From the sequence record SRR20825006_752: 35,142 bases of DNA; one strand, 5' to 3'. The position numbers and the translations under genes are program-made. This document shows, one piece after another, positions 1 through 7,781 of the stretch. A model generated the notes under the pieces. It did no database searches. It was not told where the DNA came from and saw nothing but the letters and a program-made list of their open reading frames with translations. Position 1 is the stretch's first letter, and every line of letters starts with the position of its first letter.

Positions 1-29
1 CACTGGTTCGAATCCAGTCGGGTGCACCA
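1..29 (+). tRNA. 3' end of tRNA-Arg(CCG) (T-arm, acceptor 3' strand, CCA); attL side of the prophage
   Basis: CACTGGTTCGAATCCAGTCGGGTGCACCA has a T-loop GGTTCGAATCC and ends in CCA. It joins via CACTGGTT to the anticodon-arm fragment at the window's right end, which carries anticodon CCG. Confidence 0.9.
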
Positions 30-71
30 TAAAAATAAGGGGTTTGCGCAATCCCAATTTTTCCGAATATC

Positions 72-85
72 TGTTACGCGTAACA
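72..85. repeat. Palindrome TGTTACGCGTAACA; 12-bp core repeated at 35020-35031; candidate att-arm binding site
   Basis: GTTACGCGTAAC occurs within about 45-85 bp inside both att ends. Confidence 0.6.
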
Positions 86-92
86 AAAACCC

Positions 93-1162
93 TCATTTCC
101 GGCGTGTTTCCATTGCTGTTTTTGCGGATTCCATGAAGTCCGGTGCGTGGTGCCCGTAGACCTTTTCTATGGTCTCTTGGCTGGTTGCAAAGTATCCCGC
201 CGCCTCCCACGTCTTGACGCCGTTCTGCAAAGCCCATGTGATCGCTGTATGCTTGAGCGTGTGCGGAGAGACGCCGGAAAGGCCTGCTGCCTTTACCGCC
301 TTGGCGAACCCGCGCTTGGGGTCTTTGATCAAACCTCCGTTGTATTCAACCGCCCAAACGCACCCTTCGGCCTTCCACCGCCGTAAATGGCAAAGAAGCT
401 GTCGTGGGATCGGCGCTTGTTTGTTACCCGCTCGCCTTCGGACATGCGAAACATGATACCGGCGTCGAGGTCGAACCACCCGCCGATGGTGTTTTTCTCA
501 AAACCCATGCGAATGATCGCGTCCTTGCGCGTTCCAGTGTAAAGGCCAATCAGGATAAACCGCGCGATGTGCTTTGACTTATGGCCGCGATATGCCGCCC
601 AAAGAAGGTGTGCAGCTTCGTCTCGGGTCAGCCACCTTTCTTTGGGTTGCGGTTTGGCTGGAAGGGTCACGATGGGGGCGCTGGTCAGAAAGCCCTCTTT
701 GTGGCAATAATTCAGCGCAGCTTGCAGTGTGCCAAGCTCGCGCCGAACGGTTCCGGCAGCAACAGGTTCCCACGCAACCGGTTCTCCGGCATCGTCCCGC
801 GCGGTGACCTTCTTGCGGTATTTCGCATATCTGCGACACGTCTCGCCTTTGACATGCGCCACTTTTAGTTCAGACCAAAACGGAATTAAGGCATCGAGCG
901 CGTAACCGATGCGCTCAGGCGCGGCGACTGTTGGCGCATATTCCTCAGCATAGACCGCAAGAGCCTCACCTACGGTTACGTTTCCCGGCTCATTGGCAGA
1001 ACCTTCGCGGCCTTTTGTGGCGATGTACGCTGCGAGGGCTTTTTCAGCCTCGTCGCGGCCAGTGTAACCCGTGCTCCGGTCTGGCTGTCCCGTGTCTCTG
1101 ATATACCAGTGCGGGCGGTGCTTGAATTTGTGGAGCCTTGCTCCTTTGGCTGGTCTCGGCAT
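93..1162 (-). pseudogene. int: Tyrosine recombinase/phage integrase split by a frameshift near 411-416
   Basis: ORF 329..1162 has the arm-binding N-terminus and catalytic Arg motif LYTGTRKDAI. ORF 93..479, in another frame, has HTLKHTAITW and the catalytic Tyr (KVYGHH). The frames switch at ...NKRR / APIPRQL. Confidence 0.85.
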
Positions 1163-1353
1163 TTTTTCACCAAATCTGAAAGGCGCTCGCTTTCGAGCAT
1201 AACGGCCCGCCCCATGCGGACGATAAAGCCGTGCGTCTCGGCTGCGGTGCGAAGGCTCGCCTTTGGCACGCCAAGCGTTTTTGCAGCTTGCTGGATCGTG
1301 CAGAGAGGAGGCAGGGCGTCCACCGCCGATATGTGCGTGTGTTTAGCCATCAC
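976..1353 (-). CDS. Excisionase-like HTH protein; its low-complexity tail overlaps the int 5' end
   Basis: TIQQAAKTLGVPKASLR HTH pattern, immediately upstream of int. Confidence 0.6.
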   Translation of the reverse strand: MMAKHTHISAVDALPPLCTIQQAAKTLGVPKASLRTAAETHGFIVRMGRAVMLESERLSDLVKKCRDQPKEQGSTNSSTARTGISETRDSQTGARVTLAATRLKKPSQRTSPQKAAKVLPMSRET

Positions 1354-1712
1354 TGCATCCCCAAGGCGTCTTTGTACATGTCGAGAACGGCCTCGAATTC
1401 GGCGCGTTTGTCGGGGTCTTCTTTGCGCAATTTCATGATTTGACGCATGACTTTGGTGTCGTATCCGCGCGCTTTGGCCTCTGCCATGACCTCCTTTTGC
1501 TGATCGGCAATAGCTTGTTTCTCCGCCGCTAGGCGCTCAAAGCGTTCGATGAATTGGCGCAGCTCGGCGGCGGCGACACGATAAGCGTTGTCGGCGGCTT
1601 TTTCGAATGTCGGGTCATGTTTCATCGGGGGCTTTCCCTGTTTGCGTCGTTGGTCTTCATGCCGCTCTCGCATGGCTCTTGAAATTTGGTCGTCAGGATC
1701 GTTCTGCGCCAT
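1350..1712 (-). CDS. gapR: GapR-like nucleoid-associated protein (DUF2312); alternative start 1625
   Basis: ELRQFIERFERL..EK..IADQQKEVMAEAKARGYDTKVMRQIMKLRK...EAVLDMYKDALG matches the DUF2312 signature. Confidence 0.9.
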   Translation of the reverse strand: MAQNDPDDQISRAMRERHEDQRRKQGKPPMKHDPTFEKAADNAYRVAAAELRQFIERFERLAAEKQAIADQQKEVMAEAKARGYDTKVMRQIMKLRKEDPDKRAEFEAVLDMYKDALGMQ

Positions 1713-1715
1713 GGT

Positions 1716-1982
1716 TCACCTCGGGGTCGCGATTTTGCCCAACCACGCGTCGAATTCTGTGCGCAGGGTTGCAAAGCGTGTCTGGGCCTCGGTGTCCGTC
1801 GATAGGTCGCGGCGGCTTTTGATTTTGCAGACGTCACGCATGTACTCGGCGGCGGCTTCGATCGTTAGGATTTGACCGGGCAAACCGATGCGGATCGCCG
1901 CGAATTCTTGAAAGCGCGGATCATTGCAAATGATCCCGGCTTGCTGCGAGAGGGGCAGGGTGTCGAGGGGGCGTTTGGTCAT
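1716..1982 (-). CDS. Phage hypothetical protein
   Basis: 88-aa ORF in the tightly packed early-left operon. Confidence 0.75.
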   Translation of the reverse strand: MTKRPLDTLPLSQQAGIICNDPRFQEFAAIRIGLPGQILTIEAAAEYMRDVCKIKSRRDLSTDTEAQTRFATLRTEFDAWLGKIATPR

Positions 1983-2068
1983 TCATCCGCTCCCATCCGA
2001 TAGCGGATTTCGAGCCATGCCCAATGGGAAGCCGCGCCGATGGCGAGGCAGGCAAGGGCGCAGATCAT
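1979..2068 (-). CDS. Small hydrophobic peptide (29 aa, MICALACLAIGAASHWAWLEIRYRMGADE)
   Basis: ATGA overlaps at both ends fill the operon gap; below the ORF-track length cut-off. Confidence 0.45.
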   Translation of the reverse strand: MICALACLAIGAASHWAWLEIRYRMGADE

Positions 2069-2340
2069 GCGGCCACCTCACCGATTTGGGCGGCAAGGGT
2101 GCGACCTGCGCTTTTGATCCAGTTGCCGATTGCCTCCTCCTCAGAGGCTCCAAAACCGGAAATCCCGTGCAACGAAATCTCGGCCATGTGCGAGGCGGGC
2201 CAGTTTTCGCCGCGCGGGATCGTGTATGTGCCGCCGCTCTCGATCGTTTCGTTGAAAAACGCGTCTTTGCGGTCTTCCCATTCCAGATCAATGACGCGCG
2301 CGAAAAAGCGGGCAAGGTGGTTTTCGATGTCGGCGATCAT
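2065..2340 (-). CDS. Phage hypothetical protein
   Basis: ATGA-coupled ORF MIADIENHLARFF... ending EVAA. Confidence 0.7.
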   Translation of the reverse strand: MIADIENHLARFFARVIDLEWEDRKDAFFNETIESGGTYTIPRGENWPASHMAEISLHGISGFGASEEEAIGNWIKSAGRTLAAQIGEVAA

Positions 2341-2588
2341 GCGGTGATCCCTCCCCAAAGCAATTGCATAGGCGCGGCGGCGGCTTTCGCGCGACGGCTC
2401 AGAATGGCGCGGCGGCGATGTGTTGCGCGGTGGCGCGCCAAGTCCGGGCTATCTCCCCAAGTGGCAGCGCAAATCCGATTGAGGATGTAGTGAGCAAGGG
2501 GTTTGCCGCGCTGGTCTGCGATCTCGCGCAGCGCGGCGAATTGGCGGTCGAATGGCAGGGCTGCAAGGCGGCGGATCAGGGCAATCAT
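2337..2588 (-). CDS. Phage hypothetical protein
   Basis: ATGA overlaps with both neighbours; GGAGG RBS upstream. Confidence 0.65.
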   Translation of the reverse strand: MIALIRRLAALPFDRQFAALREIADQRGKPLAHYILNRICAATWGDSPDLARHRATHRRRAILSRRAKAAAAPMQLLWGGITA

Positions 2589-2824
2589 GTTTTGACCTCC
2601 GGTGTTTTTTCGTCGCTGGTTGATTTTACTTTGCGAGCATCAATCCATTCGCGCAGATCGCCCACACGATAGCGGACAGAGCGGCCAATCTTGATCATCG
2701 GCGGGCCGTCACCGCGCACGGCGGAGACTTCGAGATAGCGCTGTGTCAGGCCAAATTGAGTATGAACTTCCGAGCGAGAAAGCAGGCGGTCATCTGAGGG
2801 AAAAGGCTGTTGCGGCTGCATCAT
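2585..2824 (-). CDS. AlpA/excisionase-like HTH regulator
   Basis: LLSRSEV...GDGPPMIKIGRSVRYRVGDLREWI is typical of the AlpA/HTH_17 type. Confidence 0.85.
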   Translation of the reverse strand: MMQPQQPFPSDDRLLSRSEVHTQFGLTQRYLEVSAVRGDGPPMIKIGRSVRYRVGDLREWIDARKVKSTSDEKTPEVKT

Positions 2825-2970
2825 TTGCGGCCTCCTTTCCCGAAGGGGCTGGCCTGTTTCACTTTCGGGCCTTTGCTTTTGGCGCTGTCGAGTTCGCTTT
2901 GCAGGTGCGCAAGGCCGATGGCCAAGGCGAGGGCCGCGCTAAAGCCGATGATGATGGCGAGAGTGGTCAT
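2821..2970 (-). CDS. Small membrane protein (49 aa, MTTLAIIIGFSAALAFAIGLAHL...)
   Basis: N-terminal hydrophobic segment; ATGA overlaps at both ends. Confidence 0.55.
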   Translation of the reverse strand: MTTLAIIIGFSAALALAIGLAHLQSELDSAKSKGPKVKQASPFGKGGRK

Positions 2971-3140
2971 GCCGAATGCCCCTTTGATGTTTCGTTGGCG
3001 TTGGTGATTTTTCTCAGGATGCGCTCAAGGACATTTGCGACATGTTCATCGCTGCCCATAAGTGGGTGGCCGTGCGCATTGGGAATTTCACTTTGAACAA
3101 TGTTGGCGCAGCGCTTGCGCTCGCTTTCTGTTTTGCCCAT
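2967..3140 (-). CDS. Hypothetical protein (57 aa, MGKTESERKRCANIV...)
   Basis: Fills the operon gap; GAGG RBS; stop overlaps the next ATG. Confidence 0.5.
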   Translation of the reverse strand: MGKTESERKRCANIVQSEIPNAHGHPLMGSDEHVANVLERILRKITNANETSKGHSA

Positions 3141-3141
3141 G

Positions 3142-3417
3142 TCAAACAGCCTCTTGGATCGGCGCGGTGGGCTGCACCACGCGCAAGCGGGATGCGGCCA
3201 AGGTGGTGGCGATCATGCGGGCGCGGTCGATGGTTTCGCCGCGCGCTTCTTTGAGCGTGGCAAATGCCAGAGTGCGGCGCATGGGGGTGTGGGCTTCTGG
3301 GGTGTTGATGATGATCTGCGCGTGATCGACGCGGAGCGGATCAAGGCCGTAGATCAGCGCGCGGCTGTGCGTTGCGGCAAAGGACGCGCTGTCTGGGTTG
3401 GTGGTGTGGGTTTGCAT
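3142..3417 (-). CDS. First early-left hypothetical protein
   Basis: AAGGAGG RBS just downstream of the PL-like promoter. Confidence 0.75.
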   Translation of the reverse strand: MQTHTTNPDSASFAATHSRALIYGLDPLRVDHAQIIINTPEAHTPMRRTLAFATLKEARGETIDRARMIATTLAASRLRVVQPTAPIQEAV

Positions 3418-3443
3418 AGGTGTGCCTCCTTGTGATGGGAGGC

Positions 3444-3495
3444 AATAGAGGGGGAAATATCCCCTTAGTCAACATTAAAGGGGAAATATTACCCA
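3444..3495 (-). promoter_or_regulatory. PL-like promoter with two 17-bp operators (3449-3465, 3479-3495)
   Basis: Minus strand TTGACT-17 nt-TCTATT. Operators AGGGGGAAATATCCCCT and AGGGGAAATATTACCCA match the three sites between cI and cro. Confidence 0.8.
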
Positions 3496-3535
3496 TTATA
3501 TTTTGCATGGAGATTCGGGGCGTGTTGAGCGGGCA

Positions 3536-3560
3536 AGAGAAAACCCCGCACGGGCGGGTT
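3536..3560 (-). terminator. Rho-independent terminator of the cI-DUF3800 transcript
   Basis: Minus strand CCCGC-CCGT-GCGGG followed by GTTTTCTCTT. Confidence 0.7.
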
Positions 3561-3594
3561 GATCCAGTGGCTTATTGTGATAGGTTAATCTTCA

Positions 3595-3707
3595 GCAGGA
3601 TCGCTTGGTAACCGCTGCCCTGAACGCAAGATGAGGGGCGGGCTGACGGACGTCCGACGCATAGGATATTGGACTAAAGCTTTCAGTCAAAATGGCCCCG
3701 ATCCTGC
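3595..3707 (-). ncRNA. Candidate DUF3800-associated structured RNA
   Basis: A perfect 9-bp closing stem (3595-3603 / 3699-3707) encloses internal hairpins GACTGAA-AGC-TTTAGTC, CGGACGTCCG and GCCC...GGGC. It overlaps the DUF3800 stop and precedes a terminator. Confidence 0.6.
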
Positions 3708-4556
3708 GCCTAGTTCAGCTCTTGAGTATCCGTAGTGTAGGAAGAAATTGGCTTGTAGGTCCGTTAGTCCGATTATGCGGTGGTTTGGTGGCTGTAGTGC
3801 GATTCCAAAATCTCTTCGAGTGCCAACCTCGTCTTTGCAAATGATTGGTTTCAAGGCGAGGCCTGGCTCTTGTGTCCATCGCGGGCCTCCTGGATTTACC
3901 GCTTGGTACGCTGCGCTTGCTACAATGTCCGCAAACTGAAGTCCTGGCTGTGTGTAGTGAGGAACGTAATCAATCAGGCGAAATCCAATAAATCTGAAAT
4001 CAATCGCCCGCTTGTTCAATACGGGGTTGTGTTGGTAGCGAAGCTTCTCGAAGTATGCTTTTGTTTGTCCATAAGAGTGCCCGCCTCGCTGACTGAATAT
4101 AATTTTTATCTTGTTGTTTTCTTCGGGGTGGCCCTTGCAATCTTTGGCGCAAAAGTCAGTGACGCGCTCGAGGAGTAGGCGGACAATCCAGTTATAGAAC
4201 CATTGCTTCCCACCGGCTTGGGCTGCTCGCTCGTTGTTGTACCCTTCCATGTTTTTCTTGTTGGATGCTACGATAAAGGCACGTGCAGGGTATTGCGATA
4301 GCAGTTGGACGGATCTGAGTTGCTTGCTGGGGCTGAGCTTTCTGTAGTGAAGCGCGCGCGACTTGAGGTTGATGTCTGTAACAATTTCGGCGAGTTTGGC
4401 TTCGCATTCGTTCTCTTGATTGGATCTGATAAGGTAGCCTGCCAATACGAGCCACTCCGAGGCGCCATTCGGGCTTAAGGGGTAGACGCGTTTTAATCCG
4501 TCGTCCCCTGCTTCGTCTATGTATAGGATATAACTATATTTTTGTGTGTTGCTCAT
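3687..4556 (-). CDS. DUF3800 domain protein (predicted RNase H-like fold)
   Basis: N-terminal LYIDEAG and C-terminal GLQFADIVA motifs; AT-rich; ATG directly follows the cI TGA. Confidence 0.85.
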   Translation of the reverse strand: MSNTQKYSYILYIDEAGDDGLKRVYPLSPNGASEWLVLAGYLIRSNQENECEAKLAEIVTDINLKSRALHYRKLSPSKQLRSVQLLSQYPARAFIVASNKKNMEGYNNERAAQAGGKQWFYNWIVRLLLERVTDFCAKDCKGHPEENNKIKIIFSQRGGHSYGQTKAYFEKLRYQHNPVLNKRAIDFRFIGFRLIDYVPHYTQPGLQFADIVASAAYQAVNPGGPRWTQEPGLALKPIICKDEVGTRRDFGIALQPPNHRIIGLTDLQANFFLHYGYSRAELGAGSGPF

Positions 4557-5195
4557 TCAAATTCTCTTCACCAAATCCCGCCCCAAATGCATCTTGATTG
4601 GCGCAGCCCATTTGATTGCGACGTCATACATCGGTGGAGTGTCAGTGTGGAATGAGATCAGGTCAAACAGGCCCTCGGGCTGGCCTTCGCGGCGGCGTAA
4701 TAGCTTGACCCAGACCATGCCGTTCGCATCCTCGACAATACAGCGTCGACCGATGGTCTCCGCTGGGACGCCCAGAGCGTCGCGGGAATAGAACAGGATG
4801 TCGCCCTCTTCATAGGCGGGTTCCATGGAATTGCCCTCGACCTCGACCGCCACGATGCCATTTGGGCCAATCTGTGGTGGGCAAGCGACGTGATAGAGGC
4901 CATCGCCCTTGGAATAGGGATCGGAAAGCTGGACCTGTGCGCCAGCTCCTACGCGCCCGGCGACGGCAATGGTTTTTGCAGCGTCAGCTAGGTTTCCATT
5001 GAAAAAGTCTTCTACCGAAACGCCGAAGGCGGATGCAACTTTTAGGCCGTCGTCCACGTTGGTGGTTTTGGCTTTGCCTTGCATTAAGCCCTTGAGTTGA
5101 TCGTATGAAACATCTGCGACAAGGGCGACGCTCCTGAGGGATCGGCCTGTTTGCTTGAGGGCATCTTCGAGGGCGTCTTTGAATGTCTTTTGCAT
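4557..5195 (-). CDS. cI: CI-like repressor (HTH + S24 peptidase)
   Basis: N-terminal HTH, VGAG cleavage site, VEGNSMEP catalytic Ser and WVK Lys; divergent from cro. Confidence 0.9.
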   Translation of the reverse strand: MQKTFKDALEDALKQTGRSLRSVALVADVSYDQLKGLMQGKAKTTNVDDGLKVASAFGVSVEDFFNGNLADAAKTIAVAGRVGAGAQVQLSDPYSKGDGLYHVACPPQIGPNGIVAVEVEGNSMEPAYEEGDILFYSRDALGVPAETIGRRCIVEDANGMVWVKLLRRREGQPEGLFDLISFHTDTPPMYDVAIKWAAPIKMHLGRDLVKRI

Positions 5196-5196
5196 G

Positions 5197-5276
5197 TGGG
5201 GAAATATACCCTTTTATCCAAAATTCTGAATGGAGCAATTTTCCCCTTGCTTTGAGGGGGATATATCCCCTAACTG
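5197..5276. promoter_or_regulatory. OR region: three 17-bp operators (5197-5213, 5231-5247, 5255-5271) with PRM- and PR-like promoters
   Basis: Sites TGGGGAAATATACCCTT, TGGAGCAATTTTCCCCT, AGGGGGATATATCCCCT. Minus strand TTCAGA-16-TATATT; plus strand TTGCTT-18-TAACTG. Confidence 0.8.
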
Positions 5277-5283
5277 TCGAGCC

Positions 5284-5499
5284 ATGGAGCAGTTTATTTC
5301 AGACATTCAGGCTTATGCGTCGGCTGTTGGTCGTTCGCCGCAATCCGTTTTGCGGTCTGCGGTGAATGCGAAGTGGGGCACATGGGATGCGTGGGGGGCG
5401 GGTACGTCCAGCCCAACGTTGATCGTTGCTGATCGTATTCGGTCCTACATGGCTGACAATCCGCCGCGTGGAACCGAGGCTGCGGAGAAAGCGGCATGA
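5284..5499 (+). CDS. Cro-like repressor
   Basis: 71 aa, divergent from cI, with SSPTL..ADRIRSYM typical of alphaproteobacterial phage Cro-like proteins. Confidence 0.8.
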   Translation: MEQFISDIQAYASAVGRSPQSVLRSAVNAKWGTWDAWGAGTSSPTLIVADRIRSYMADNPPRGTEAAEKAA

Positions 5500-5559
5500 G
5501 CAAGAAACCTTTCAGTGTCCGTGATGTGCCCGCGCTTTGTGCGCAGTTTGACCGTCTTC

Positions 5560-5940
5560 TCAATCAGTCTTTCGAGCGGGTGCTTTTAATGCAGCAGTCT
5601 CCAAGGCAAGCCGTTCAATCTGGGCTTTTGCCTGCTGGTATCCATTGGCCAGATCCTCGAACTGAGCGCCTTGTTCGTCTTGAACGTCAGCTGCGTCGTC
5701 CAGTTGGGCAAGGAGGCGCAGAATGAAACTTTGCGGGTCGTCTTTTTCTGCCGCGACGTGGCCGAGTAGTGTGGCGAGGACCATTTGTGTGGCTTTGGTT
5801 TCTGCGCGGGCCTCAAGGGTGATTTTGGAAAGCGTCTTTATGGCGTCAGGCAAGTCGATTTCGACGGCGTCTCTCAGTTCATCTATGCGCGATCGGATTT
5901 CTTCGATTTCAGCGCGTGTGTTTTCGGAATTGTCGGTCAT
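5560..5940 (-). CDS. Acidic coiled-coil hypothetical protein (antisense moron)
   Basis: 126 aa with helical composition; GAGG RBS upstream; opposite strand to the early-right operon. Confidence 0.7.
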   Translation of the reverse strand: MTDNSENTRAEIEEIRSRIDELRDAVEIDLPDAIKTLSKITLEARAETKATQMVLATLLGHVAAEKDDPQSFILRLLAQLDDAADVQDEQGAQFEDLANGYQQAKAQIERLALETAALKAPARKTD

Positions 5941-6065
5941 GGTTCAGGTTTCCTCTGACGTGGCTGGCATGGGGCGGGCTGCAACTGTGGGGATGGGTGC
6001 GGCCCGTCTGCAATTTGGCATACTGAAAAGTCGGCGTCATGTGAAACCCTTGGGGGATTTTTGAC

Positions 6066-6539
6066 ATGCGCGGGGTTCGGGCCGGGTCCATTCAAAGCGC
6101 GGTGCGCGCGACCTTCACCGCCGTGGGCGGGTTGGAAAATGCGTCGGTTGATTTGGGCGTGTCGGTTTCAACGCTGTCCTATGGCACCTCTGTCGATGAG
6201 GCGCGGCCCGGTGGGCTTGGCGTCAATTACCTCGACCGTCTGGGCCGGATGCATCGCGTGGCGGCACTGCCTGTGGCGCAGCATTTCGCCACCTTGGCGG
6301 GCGGTTTTTTCCAACCTGTCGATCTGACCGGGTTCGAGGCGGTCGCGATCCACGATCTGATGCGCGAGTTTTCCGACCTGTTGCGCGATCATGCCGCCGC
6401 TCATTCAGAGGCGTCCGAAGACCCAACGGGGTACACGGACGCGGAAAAGCGCACGATGATTGATGATCTCAACCGGCTCTCCAAATCCGCCGCCCGTTTG
6501 CGCGCGCGGTTGCTTGAGGATTTGGAGGGCCGGGGATGA
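6066..6539 (+). CDS. CII-like phage regulatory protein
   Basis: Downstream of cro; HTH-like GGLENASVDLGVSVSTLSY and helical C-terminus. Confidence 0.6.
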   Translation: MRGVRAGSIQSAVRATFTAVGGLENASVDLGVSVSTLSYGTSVDEARPGGLGVNYLDRLGRMHRVAALPVAQHFATLAGGFFQPVDLTGFEAVAIHDLMREFSDLLRDHAAAHSEASEDPTGYTDAEKRTMIDDLNRLSKSAARLRARLLEDLEGRG

Positions 6540-6541
6540 GG

Positions 6542-7528
6542 TTAGGTGTTTGCGATCAGGCGCAAAAACTCGGATTGGCCAATGATGCGAATGGGCTGGC
6601 CGTTGGAAATATATTCCTCGGCTTTCCTGTGTTTGGAGCTTTTGTCGTGCCCGGCCAAGATTTTGAGGTCTTGGTCGCCGACGATCAACAAGGTGGTTTT
6701 CTTGGTGACGCCCCCGGCAACTGTGATGCCCGCCGCTGCGGCCAGTTTGGCGGCGTCAGCTCGCGAAATGGTCAGTTCCCCGGTGAACACGGCGACATGT
6801 CCGAAGAGGGGGCCGTTTTCATCGGCCTCGGCGGTGACGTGTTTTTTGGCGTATTTGCGTGGCGCTTTGCTGGCCGAAATCCAATCGGTTGCGGTTTTTC
6901 CAGAATGGGCAAAGGCGCGGAGCATAACCTCCGCAGTCACTCGCGCATCTTCGCCGGCGTCGTGGTGATTGAACGGGATGTCGAAATGTTGGCTCAGGTT
7001 TGCAAGACCATAGCCGCGTTTGCTGAATTGTTCCGGCCATGTTCTGCGCACGACAAGCATACTGTCCAGCCATTGATTGAGCGGGTTCGTGAGGTTGGCG
7101 ACGGCGCAGGCGTCGGTGATGGCTTTTTTGTCGAACGCACTGTGGCTGATCGCGATCGTAGCACGAAACAGGTCCTCAAAAGGGGCAATTGCTTCGGCAA
7201 AGTTGGGGCATCCGACAATGCGTTCCGGGGTGATCCCGTGGATGCTGATGTTTCCAGCCGAAAAGCGACATGCCGGGTCCACATCGACGGCGTGCGTTTG
7301 AGTGACGCGGTTGCCCTGGACGATAGAGACGCCGATTTGGCAAATCGAGCTGTGGCTTTCGTTTGCCGTCTCAAAGTCGAAAGTGAAAAACTCGACGTCA
7401 TGCGGATCAATTCGCAAAGCAGGGGCCGAAACCGTCATGATTGGCGGAGCTGTGAGCGGATTTTCAACTTTGATAGTAGGGCTTTGGGCAGTCACGGGCT
7501 TGGAAAAAAGCCTCTTGATTATGCTCAT
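6542..7528 (-). CDS. DEDDh 3'-5' exonuclease (DnaQ-like) fused to a C-terminal BRCT domain
   Basis: Exonuclease motifs FDFETAN, HSAFD, HHDAGEDA; BRCT VAVFTGEL...GGVTKKTTLLIVG...SSKHRKA; GAGG RBS. Confidence 0.9.
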   Translation of the reverse strand: MSIIKRLFSKPVTAQSPTIKVENPLTAPPIMTVSAPALRIDPHDVEFFTFDFETANESHSSICQIGVSIVQGNRVTQTHAVDVDPACRFSAGNISIHGITPERIVGCPNFAEAIAPFEDLFRATIAISHSAFDKKAITDACAVANLTNPLNQWLDSMLVVRRTWPEQFSKRGYGLANLSQHFDIPFNHHDAGEDARVTAEVMLRAFAHSGKTATDWISASKAPRKYAKKHVTAEADENGPLFGHVAVFTGELTISRADAAKLAAAAGITVAGGVTKKTTLLIVGDQDLKILAGHDKSSKHRKAEEYISNGQPIRIIGQSEFLRLIANT

Positions 7529-7636
7529 CTTGAATTTTCCTCAGGTCCAATACAGGCGCAGCGTAGCGCGGGGCGGTTGCCCTGTCGAGACACGCGCCGG
7601 GTTCCGTGGGTCGGCGTGGGCGCGCCGGTTGATGGT

Positions 7637-7675
7637 GGCGCGCGGTCTCGCTCCTCCTCCCAGAGATCGCGCGCC
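7637..7675 (+). ncRNA. Stem-loop presenting CCUCCUCCC (cuckoo/anti-Shine-Dalgarno type motif)
   Basis: 13-bp stem GGCGCGCGGTCTC/GAGATCGCGCGCC with loop GCTCCTCCTCCCA; other GC hairpins nearby. Confidence 0.5.
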
Positions 7676-7781
7676 GGTTATTCGAATGCGTTGAGCGCGC
7701 AGAGTTGCAGCGCGCTCCGCCGGCGCGGTGGGGCTTGGGGACGCCCTGCCGCGCCCTTGGTTTTCAAAAGGAGAGTATCCA

